Of a stretch of 64,000 nt of DNA, positions 14,601-26,600 are shown one piece after another (positions within the stretch are counted from its first letter, which is position 1; every line of letters starts with the position of its first letter). A program made the translations under genes and the position numbers. Source of the DNA: Phoronis australis (Eukaryota; Animalia; Phoronida). A model generated the notes under the pieces. The model was not told where the DNA came from. It ran no database searches and saw nothing but the letters and a program-made list of their open reading frames with translations. The stretch is from NCBI GenBank assembly GCA_002633005.1, contig NMRA01000149.1:140066-204065 (forward strand), in the 5' to 3' direction.

Positions 14601-17600
14601 GAAAGGCTTTATGGGTCACTTGACTAGAATAGCCAATCTGGTAGTAGACAGCATGGACAAAGGTAGCCAGGCTGATAGCCTTAAGGAAGTATTCAAAGGT
14701 CAGTTTAGACGCTTGTGTTGCTTTTAGTTAACTAACTTTTGATTCTCATCTATTTGAACTTTAATTGGTTAGATATTGCAACTGCAAGACTATTTGGTAA
14801 AGTACCACCAGGGGGAAGCACGAGTCATCAGTCCCATGGGCAAGTTTCAATTATTTTGAAGTCTTATGTCACTGCTACACTGCAACGAGAATGTTTACTG
14901 TTGATTACCCATAGTTTCTTGTTATCTTCATTTGATGAGAAACATGACTCGTACGTTTTCTCAAAGCAATCTTGTGTTGCATTGTGTTTTGATTAGCTTC
15001 ATTTGAAATTTTAGAACATGTAAATGAAGAAAAACGGGAAAAGTGGGAAACTTTTGTAACTGAGACATTGGCGGAAGCAAATAGGCGAAATACTGTAGAT
15101 TTGGTAAGTTGTTCTTTGAATAATAAGAATTCTGTTTAATATTTTCATAACTTGAGTATGACTTAAATAAGGTGGAAGTTCTGGTTAACTTCAAAGCACT
15201 GCATTTATGGAGCTTTAGCATTAGTTAATATAAACAGGACATCAGAAACATTTGCTCATATCTTCTTCATGATTTCGCAATGAATTAGATTTCCTATAAG
15301 TGGTACACATATGTTGACTGCTGGCCATTGTGTACCATATGTATACTACACTGAAGTTGTTGTGTATTTGCCAGCTATGTCCAGTTCATATGAAGGTAAC
15401 TGTGTTTGGTTGATATCAGTTAACACGTTTGTCTCCCCTGCTTCTTGTTCTGTCCTACGTGACTGTCATGATGTCATGCCAACAGTGTTCGTTATACGTA
15501 CGTGGCTTGGATTTCCACTGGCCCGTATTAGGAATACGTGCCTGGTTGAATTTTTAGTTGCTTTCTTTAAATGTCTCATCCAATTATTGTTTAAACGTTG
15601 ACTAACAAATGAAATTCAAAGGGCATTTTGATGTAAAGACATCAGATCTTTTCATGCAATTTTAATCACTAGATTTTCACTTAGGCATGTGGCAGGGAAA
15701 GTAATAATAGTACATCCCTTTCACCTTTGATGTTTTTCTTAATGTTACATGAGACGCTTGTGTCATTTGTGACTTTGTGACCTATTATGATAAGATGATG
15801 GTATATTGTGCGCTCTTTGAGAGATGTTTATGAAGCATTAAACAACGCAATGACTCGTTAATTGATGTTGAGTGTGCATTGTAAATTATTTGGGTAATAA
15901 TATGGAATCATTACAGTTTGCACCTGATTACATTGGAAGTCTTTGAAGTGATGAAGGCAGTAGATTATAAAAGGTGCATTTTGAGTCAATCGTATCACTT
16001 GTGTGCTGTGGGCATGCTTTGCTAACGAGTACAATTCTGTGTCACATGACATGTTGCAGGTTGGATCTCATCCTCTGCACTCGAGCAGCGACGACGAGGA
16101 CGCAGATTTCCGCGACATCGCATTCCCACAGGACACTGCCATGCAGCAGGTAGGTCACGTGACTGTGCCACGGGTTCTCGTGTGAACTTGTGTTGTGTGC
16201 TGGTGCCATGAGTTGTCATGTGAAGTAAGTGTATTGGTGCATTGATAGGTACAACACTTCACAGTGTCAGGAAGTTGTGGTATGATGTACCTTCAGCAAA
16301 TGGTTCTATTCAGTTTTAGTTTTGGTATGTTTATGCTCATGTCTATATATTGTAGAAATTTCTTCTTTATTAGACTTTCATCTCGTGTGTCATAGATTAA
16401 AGGGAAACCCAACCATTTTTGATGTTGCGCATAGTAAAAATGTAAATCCTTAGTTACCTTGGAGATGCATATTTCCTTGTTAGTTACTATTCCCGTGGTG
16501 TTTAATTTCTATCCATGGAACAATGTAGTGAGACGTGAGTAGCCCAGCCAAAGATCCACAATTCTGAGCAAGCACACTATTGAGCACAGTTTGGGAAAAT
16601 GATGCAGAACCAATATGTGGGCCATTCACTGGGCTGTTTACATCACTTTCTAGTGTTCCACGGATAGTAGACTCAGTAAGCTAATGGAACAATATGTAAC
16701 ATGGAAAATGTCTCTCAAAGATAACTGGGGATCTGTACTTTTATTCTAAGTTACATCAAAGATGGTTTCTTTCAACTTCAAAAGAAGGATCGTATCTGCT
16801 GACATTGTGAACTGGATCTATCTATCTCTGCTGTAAGGTGTGTAAATAGATTGCAGATGTTTTGTATCATACCAGTTTTTCTGCCATTTTACGGTGGGTC
16901 TTGTTACTGGTGTTCACTATGTGGCAATGATTGGGATATTAAACTTTTGACCTATTAAAAGATGTTAACTAACACAAGACCACTTCAATTCAGTGACCCC
17001 TGGTGGCAATTTACAAAGGAAATTCTGTGGCCAAAGTGTAAACTGACACTTTTTTGCATTCAGCAAAAAGGGAATTCTCAGAACTGTTGAAAACTTTTCT
17101 AAAATCAAACTGTATTTAACTGTCAGAGGTTTATGTGATCTTGTGGTGAAAATCTTTCGTTATGCAAAACAAGAGGTTAGTGGCCCGTAATAACGCACAC
17201 TGTTCACTGAGAAGCACAGCGCTGCAAGAATTAACGTGGTTTTAGCAGAAATGCAGAAACATGTGATTCAGTACAACTTACAGCTGACTTATGGGACGTG
17301 ATTCAGTACAACTTACAGCAGTCTTATGGGACATGTGATTCAGCCAGCAGACTGCAAGTCAGTAAAAACATCTCAGCACTGCTGTTTTTACGCTGTTACA
17401 CTTGGAGTCCTTTTTGGCGAGTATCCTGATCAGGTTTGCCTCTGAAACTGTTTGCAAGCCCGAACTGGTGTACCACTCTATTCCGACATGCTTGGCAAGT
17501 TCTATATGTGATTATTGTGTTTCTGCCAACAGTGTTGTCAGTGGCCTGGTCTCCCAACTGCTCGCCAGTCTACTTTTATAAACGCTCATTCCCTGGATTG

Positions 17601-20600
17601 GAACCCATTCCGCTTCTTCTGGCTGTTATGCTGGAAAGTGCTTGTGTATTGTTGAGAAATGTCTACCAAACATTGGTGAAAGTATTGAGCTACACACTAT
17701 ATATTGATTGTTCTCAGCTGAAAAGCTGTAACCAAAATCCCAGTTTCGCAAAAATCTTGACAATGTCTTTTATGATTGTTAAAACCATCTTTTCTTAAAA
17801 TTTATGCAGCATCCCCATACACTTTTCCCGGCTTTTTCTTGCTCTCCCCAAGTCACTAAGCCAGCATTTTTCATTGTAGCATCTTTCCGTAAACGCTACA
17901 TCAAAACCAGCATTTGCGATAACACAGTGCGTTTGTTTTTAGAACAAATGTCGGCCAGTTTTCCAGCGCCAGGCTGCGGTACTGGTGAGTGAGCAACTGC
18001 AGGCATGTACACATTTAACTACATTTTGTGTCATCCAACCAAATGGTGGTTGCCCAAACATTCCTCCAGCCCTGCTTGCCCCTTATTGCTGGCTTTGATT
18101 TCTTACCAGCGGCCTCATTATTCATGCTGTTACTGTGCGTTGTGTCGGCAGTAAGAACTCATGCCATACATGTGGTGCGTTGCATGGTGTAGTCGTATTC
18201 ATAGTTGTAATCGTTGCTGCCTGGCGTTCATATTTTCTGTCAAATTCTTGTATCAGGCAATGGTGGCCTGTGAATTATCCATGGTTGATTGGAGTATTTA
18301 GTGCAATATGTGGATTTGCGATGAGCAGAATCGCAGTAGAATGGTGTTCCTTTTAAGCTATGTGAATTAGATTTTTCTAACATTCATTGTTCACATTATT
18401 AACACCATAATTTTGTTTTGTTTTGTTTTTTGTTGTTTTTTCGCACTACCTCATCAATTCCATCAATAATTAAATATCAAAATTCTGACTTACTAAAACA
18501 AAACCATCCTACCTGCATGTTGTGGTAGTCATTTGTGTAGTTGTGTGTTCAGTTCCATTGGTCTCCCCCTGAGAGGCATATACGGTCGTATGTGTCTCCC
18601 CGTGTCGCTGTGCTGGTATCTGGTCCATTTGAACTTGTTGAGCATGTTAAGCCTGCCTCTTACTGATCTGCGGTCTGCTCGACTCACGTTAATTCTGTTG
18701 TAACTGTACCAATGGCAGTTGTGTTGTTGGACTGTCTTGGGTAGTTTTATTGCGTGCCAAAAATGTTCTAGGTCTTTTACATGACATTCAAACCTGGCCG
18801 TGTTGAAAGCCAGACTTCCTATCTGTTAATGTAATGAATGGAATTTGTGCAGTCATACTTGTGAAAAGTTGTGCATGGATTTGTAGGTTACAGTTGGGGC
18901 TTGTGTGCTAGTTGTTGGAATTGTATTGAGTCAACTGCTTCACATTTTCAAATACTATCAGTTGTGACTTGGAACTTATACAATTTTACCTCTGATCCAA
19001 CTGGTCCACTCTCTTTCATGCTGCTACAGTGTAAGGTTGTCAAACTGATTCACAGAAGTTTGTTCAAATTGACTGCAGTTGGCTTGAAACTTCTGGGTAT
19101 TCAAAAGCTGCCCTGTGTTACCTTGCACACCTGCTGCCGTAGAAAGTATAATTTTATGAAAGTATTTGATTTTGTATGCAGACTGCATTTAGCTGTTACC
19201 ATGCTCACAGCTGTTGTTGCTATGCACACAACTTTTTTCCTTTTGCATAAGCTATGCACTATTTATTTCTCTAAAAACATGTGACAGTATTAGTTGATAG
19301 GCAGCTCCGTAAATGAAAACTTTATTCACAAGCAAAAGTTCACTTCAAAAATTTCCATTTGTTGAGGACCAATAGCAGCTTTTGGTCCACATCTGGGTTC
19401 ACCAAATCAGGCCTAAAAAGTTGTCACAGCAGTTCGTTGCTAGAATTTTGACAGGGTTTGTCCATTGGTTACTTTTTACTGCTTCATATTATTAAGCGCT
19501 TAACTCAATTTATGACAAAGTGATAAAAACTTCTTGAAACATGGATTTTTAAAGCACGTCATTCATTCCATGAATTCACCGTATTTGACACCATTACTGA
19601 GCATAACACGAGCTGGCCATCACAACCCTTTTGCAAAAAGTCATCTTTTCTCTGATTATACCCATGCCTAGGGAGCCTCCTAGAGGAGGGTCTTATCTCG
19701 CAATACACTTTTCTTAACATTCATTATATCAAGACTTGTATTTCTTAATGCAGTGCGAATTTACGCTCACACAGTAAAGTGATCTGTGAACTCAAGGTCT
19801 TATTAACATTTATTGTGGAATATGTTGAATGTGTTTCGTACACAATTTGGTTATTCAGAGCAAGGTTTTCCACCGTTTTCCATTGCTAAAAAGTGCATTT
19901 TGAGAGTTGAAAGTTAAAGCAAAATATTTGCAAGTCTAAGCTATTAATGGCGAATTGCTTTTATTGTGGAAACAGTGGAAAATTCGTTCAGTCTGCCTTT
20001 CATGAAGAGTTCTCTTTGGTAGTGTTTTTTGTGTAAACCTGTGTTAAACATTGCAAATTTTCTTTGTTGCATTTTGAGCTTATATGAATAAAGCGTTCTG
20101 GTGTTCCATACAATTCATTCCAAAACTGGAGCCACATTGGTCTTCATGAGCAGAAAAAAAATAACATTTCACGATGGGGAGTAACTACTCCTTCAAAATG
20201 ATAGGTTAATTCCTTTGACATTGCATGTTGTGCTAGTGTAAGATTGCCAAGAGAACTTATCATGTGAGTAGGGCAGGAAGTATGCTGGATTGATCTCCTA
20301 GTCATACTACTGACCAGTTGTACGCCTGGCTTTATCCACCCAGGCTTTCTCCGATTATCAGCTACAACAAATGACCAGTACTTTTATTGACCAGTTTGGC
20401 TTCAATGAAGAGGACTTCGCTGAGCAGGAGGAGAGGATTGAGTGAGTACCTTTACATTGCCTACTTACGGTGTACACTGACTGCAGTACCTTTACATTGC
20501 CTACTTACGGTGTATACTGACTGCAGTGCCTTGTCGTTGCACTTGGTTGTACACTTTGTCCAGCCCTTCATCATCAGTTCTTTAAGCTATATGGACGGTC

Positions 20601-23600
20601 TCTTTAATTTGTTAAAAAGTTCCATTTTCTGTCATCTTTTCGAGTCAGACATATGTAATTTTGGTGCTGTATTTTTCAGAAGTCTCCCAAAATTATGCTC
20701 AATTGTTGCTCTTGCCATATTTGCCAAAGCTAGTATTGTTGAAAGTCTGCAGTTGAAGTTCTTTTCAATTTTGTTGAAGGCTATTCTCTTAACTGAGCCT
20801 CCTACAAAACAAATATTTCCTGCAGCCCAGTATTCCCTGTAAATTACAATTATTATGACTTTCTGTCTGATTGAAGCAGTCTTCTATTCAACTCCTAACA
20901 GTTTGTTAATGTTTGCTTTTTCTGAAGTTTGTTATTCCCATTTTGCCAGTATTTTATCGTGTCTTCATTTCTTACGTAACATGATGTTAACCACATTCTG
21001 AAGAAACCTTTTTGCCAGTAAAACGCGTTTCGTGTCTACTGCAGAGAAAGTTTTAGATTATACTATTGGCGTGACCGTCAATAATTGATTATTTCTTTCT
21101 CTTCCATTCTAGTCGTCCATAGTAAGACACATGTTGTACACGCCCAGTTTACTGATTTTTACACTGCCTGACCATGGTGGTCATATTCCTAGGTTTAAGA
21201 TGTCATTCCTTGTTTAACAATTCAGTCTGTGTGTTTACTGTAAAGCTCACTAAGCAATGCCTCCACAAAATACCAACCAATATCACATTGTGCAGGCCTT
21301 CAGTGTGTCACAGTTTCCTTTTGTTGTTATTTAGTATCACAGTTCAACCACTGTGAAGACCAAGCAAATGTGACATGAGATATTTTGTTGAGGCTGTTAT
21401 TGTGCTTTGCACTGTACTCGCATGTATGTAATTCAACGTAAGCTATAAAACTTCCATTTATGAAGATTACTTTGTGTTTGTGTCCTCAACCTAGTCATCC
21501 GTTTCCAAGAGTTTTCCACAATAAGTTGAAAGTTATTTTTTACTTCTAAGTTGTGTTCACATTTGCTTCTTAAGCTTTGCTGTTTTGTGTAATTTGTCTA
21601 GTACTAGACTCTGACTGCATAGGAGTTGTTGTTGTTGTAATAGGTTGCTTTCAGCTTTGTGTCTTAATCTTCAGGCATAGATGATTAGCTGCATGAGACT
21701 GTTGATCAAAGCATTGTATGTTGTAATACTGACCACACACAATGCGTCAACGGCCGCGTCCATTTACACATGGCCGCCGTCACTGCACGGCGCGCTTAGC
21801 CCACACACAGTGTTGTCCTTAAAATAGCTTGGTGAGATCAACTGACTTGCCATGTATTCTGCTCCTCCTTGTAGCCATATTGAGAGCATGTGCGAGTACA
21901 TATCCTGTAGGATGTGAGCAATGGAATACACAGCCTCATTCCTTCGTAAGCGGTACAGTTTGGCTATACATGGCATAAGTATATGAGCTGATAGTGCAGG
22001 GTCTCAGTGATGTAGCATTAACTTTGACACTGCACAAGATGTGACAAGTGCTGTGTACCAACTACACGTGTCTGTGTGTGTGGCTGTTTTTAAGAACTTA
22101 CAATGAAGCACATGAAGAGAGATATTTATAGCTTGTGTGTATTGTAAGTTTTGTATTTTATTTCACTCTCACAGACTTGGATATAGATATAGATAAAAGA
22201 TACTACTTTTCCAGTCCGTCTGAAGCAGTCCTCGTTTGGTTGTCGTGAAATAAATGTTTTGTGCTTGTGTTAAAAGACAGCTGTGCTTGTGTTTTAGTAC
22301 TAGGGACACTTCGCTTGACAGTACCTTCCAACAAACACTTCATGCACCTTTGCCAATGTTGTAGACATATGGGTTAGCTTGTATGCAGTTGATGAAGTGG
22401 GGATAATTCTAAATTAAAATTTGTCCTATTTTCAGTGCTCCATTCACAGACAAGATATCAAGTTTAGATTTTAGTGTAAATGCAACTGAAGATAATGTAA
22501 GTATCCTATGATTATTGCCAATGTCTTTTTGTCTAATAACTGCTTAGGGCCGGTCCAACAAAATCCGTATGGGAGGGGGATGAACGGCAGTTGAAATAAA
22601 AATTTATGGGTGGTGGTCTTCGGAAGAAAACTCGAATTATAGGTGGTTGTAGTAAAGCATTAAAACTGGGTGGTAGTTTTGACCTGTAGATGTTGACAGG
22701 TGGGTATTTCCAGCCAAACACGTCTCAAAAGATATCGAAACTCACCAAAAATTCACTTTGCAGATACCCAAACATATCCAAAAAAAAAAACAAGCAAACT
22801 ATGCTGTGAATAAGTCATGGGCAACTTTATTACAAGCACATTGTGTACTACAGTCATATTAGAATGAAACTTACTGCTACACTAAACTGGCGTTAACACA
22901 TCTAAGAAAATTGGTGATTTTTAAATAAAAATTATAGGAGTCTGATAGACATGTTCCAATATTTACTTGGCATAGCAGTCTAAAAGTGTTTGTGGATACA
23001 ATTGGAGATTCATAAATCCACGAAATTGAAAAAATCTTATTGAAATTACAGAAACACATGGTGGACAGAGACACCTGGTGGCTGCCAAAAGTATTGCTCA
23101 CAGGTGTCTTGTAACTGACATGAGTTGTGATCTCACATGGAATTTTTCTGCGAATTTGACAAACTACCCATGTTGGCCGCTTAAGTTTCCGACAAGCCAT
23201 TCCTTGTGTGTTGATTATCTCAAAAACTGCTTGAGGGAAGACGATGAAATTCAAAACAAGTATATGACAAGAATATGCCGGCACCAGTCAATTTTTGAAC
23301 GGATTCAACTACTGTGGTACCGCGTTAGTTTTCGACTGCTCAAGTTACTGCTTGTCCGTCAATTATCTTGAAACCGCTTAACGGATCATGATGACATTTG
23401 GCGTAGAGATAGACGGCTGGCATGCACCAGCACCAGTCGATTTCTGGACAGATTTGGCACCCGCTGTTGGCCATTTTAGTTTTTGACAAGACAGGTTGAT
23501 TATCTCAAAAACTGCACTTTATAGTTCAACCTAATTAAAAATTATGGGTCGTGGGTTGGAGAAAGAAAAAAAAATATGGGCGGTTGGTAAGAAATGAAAG

Positions 23601-26600
23601 TNNNNNNNNNNNNNNNNNNNNNNNNNNNNNNNNNNNNNNNNNNNNNNNNNNNNNNNNNNNNNNNNNNNNNNNNNNNNNNNNNNNNNNNNNNNNNNNNNNN
23701 NNNNNNNNNNNNNNNNNNNNNNNNNNNNNNNNNNNNNNNNNNNNNNNNNNNNCACATTTTGCCCCTAGCCTATTGAGGAGACTATGACCATGCCTTTCCA
23801 TTTTGCAAAGTATGCCCTCTACTGGCCAATTTATGGTACCAATAAACAACCCTAGAAGGATACCGTATGCGGTGCAATTGTGGGCGCATTTCAACGCTCC
23901 GCGTTGCTCTTGTTTGGTATTATTGATGCTTGTCATGCAGTCAAATTTTTATTGTTGTGTGGTAGGACATAGAAGTAAGTCGAAAAGAAAAGACAAGTCA
24001 ACAATCTGAGGGTAAAAGAAATTTCTTTTTGTCAAATCAGCCATTTATGTCTAAGAAAGTTTTAGATCAAACCTAGTTAAAGTTGTTTTCACTTCACATC
24101 AGAGCTCTATGTTAAATGTTGGCTATGAGACATTGCTTTTGTCAGTTGAGCCAGGTCAACTTTCCAAAGCCATGATATCTTGATGTCTTAGCTGCTTGAC
24201 CTGCTTGAACCAGCGCATGCCGGTCGAATAAATCAAGCGCAGCCATTGTGACATGTGCTGATATTAAGGAACTCCCCAAAGTAATGATTTCAGTTTTGGC
24301 ATCCTTAAACAAATGTTGTTGTATATTTTTAATCAATGCATATAAACTTCGGTCTCTAGCTGGTAAAAGTAATTAAACATTGACCTAGGAACACTTGTAA
24401 TGTAAGTGATTGATTGTTAACTTTACTGCACTGTACTTGTTCTACTCATGTTTATTATTTTGTTGTACAATTGCAGCAGTAATTTCTCTGGTCTGGAGGC
24501 CAGCCGGTCAGACAGTGACAGTTCAGACAGTGAAGAGGACCTCAAGTCACCCGTCAGGATATATCAGACACCAAACATCACCTCAGAGAAGATGGATGTC
24601 GACTCTAATGATGGCAAGTGCCTGTTTGTCCTGCAAATATCTGTTAATTCGTACCAATAATCTGGATTAATTCAAAATATACGCATTAATAGTTGCTTTA
24701 AATTTCTTTAATTGATGAATATCTCTTAATGTGCTTTTCATTGCAGTTTATCAACTGACATTATCTACTCATGATCAGCTGAACGCGCTATTTGCTTATG
24801 CTAATAGAAAAATTTGTTAGTTCGCCAGTGTGTTTCAAGATCATGTAATTTCACTGTTGTAGAGAATAATATACTGGGATCCAATACTTTTCTCATCATG
24901 CAAATCTAATAATGGCAACTTGAAAAAGCTATCGTGCTTCTCATAAGCAGTCCCTTGTGTCTCTGTCACTAAAAAGCAGACCTGATAGATTCCTTGTGTC
25001 TCTGTCACTAAAAAGCAGACCTGATAGATTCCTTGTGTCTCTGTCACTATAAAGCAGACCTGATAGATTCCTTGTGTCTCTGTCACTAAAAAGCAGACCT
25101 GATAAATTCCTTGTGTCTGTGTCACTATAAAGCAGACCTGATAGATTCCTTGTGTCTCTGTCACTAAAAAGCAGACCTGATAGATTCCTTGTTCACAATA
25201 CAGCGTGGCCAGCCACATTTTCGGACAATGCCATGGACACCACGCCCCCCGTTGCTGAGTCAGCATCGAGTCCGTGGGGAAACACTTCAGCTGAGGCAGC
25301 GAGTGAGAGCAACTGGGCTAATTTTGACAATTTGACTGAAGCATCAGAAAAGAGTTCAAGTTCAGAGGAGAAGGCAGAAAAATGGGCGGATTTTACTAAT
25401 TTCACTCCACTGGAGAGTTCAAATTTAAGCAGGTCAGTGCATTGGCTCAAAAAGGTAGGCCGTTTGAGCATTTGGTGTTAACACCTGTCGTGCTTTTTAT
25501 GTGCTTTTGCCGTCCAACTAGTCATTTAATGTGAATGAGGACCAGTTCAAAATGGTATGTTGAATTATAAACTAACAAGTTGCACTGGGATACTTTGGCT
25601 TTACTACCAGGGAAACTGAATTATAAACTAACAAGTTGCACTGGGATACTTTGGCTTTACTACCAGGGAAACTGAATTATAAACTAACAAGTTGCACTGG
25701 GATACTTTGGCTTTACTACCAGGGAAACTGACTGTGACACTTTGTATGTGCCCTCATACACGTGTGGCTGCATATTGACGTCATCTCTGTTTGGGTGTTT
25801 GTACACTGCTGTTTTTCCTAACCCTTGCAGAATCTTCTTGAACGTTGGTAGATTTGTTCGTATGAAGCTGATAGCTGATGGAAACAACTTCCAGATGGAT
25901 CTGACTACCACTGAGCCCCCTAGTTGCAATTTTTATGCGCCCTCATATTTATATCTGGACGCATTATGCCGTCATCTCCGTCCGGCGTCCGCTGCTCTAT
26001 CTCCAATACGCCTTGACGTATGTTCATGAAATTTTGCACATGTGTTCCTTTCGTGCATGGGACGGCATGAGCAAACTTTCTGATGGATCCGACTACCGGT
26101 GTGCCCCCTAGTGGCAATTTTACTTTTTTACGTTTACCTCTGTATCTTCAAAAGTCCTGAATGGATTTTCATAAAATTTAGTCTATTGGCACCTATTAGT
26201 GAGATGACACTATCCTACCGTTTTCAGATGGAATTGATGTAGTTTGCGCCACCTGGTGGCCATTTTTACTGTTTTTGAGTCTTTTTTTTGCGTCCACCCC
26301 TCTATCAATCAAACCGCTCAAAGGATGATTGTGAAAATTGGCATGTATGTTCTTACTATGAAGTGGATGGCTGACGATGATTTCCAATGACTTCGACTAC
26401 TGTGGCGCCTCGTAGTGACAGTTTTTTTTGCGTATGAGCAAGGCAGGTATGACTACTGCTGTGCCCAATAGTGATAATTTTTACATTTTTCTTGTATCTT
26501 TGGAATTAAGAACAAGTTCTTGAAATTTGACAAAAAAGGTTTCTATTGAGATGGTGATGCCTTTTCATTTTTTGATAAAATTGAACGTGTTATCCACCAC

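Noticed and set aside
17377-17433. In-frame 57-nt AG...GT segment in a PP6R intron
   Set aside because: It lacks a polypyrimidine tract and has a weak donor (GTTTGC), so it is likely chance.
23966-24011. Possible PP6R exon (TAG|GACATAGAA|GTAAGT or a longer form)
   Set aside because: No reading supplies the phase-2 end needed for the exon at 24477, and there is no similarity to the missing conserved segment.
24841-25266. 141-aa minus-strand ORF with repeats (also the 39634-39980 ORFs)
   Set aside because: These frames are open only because the repeat units are multiples of 3 (39 and 24 bp); there is no splice or protein signature.
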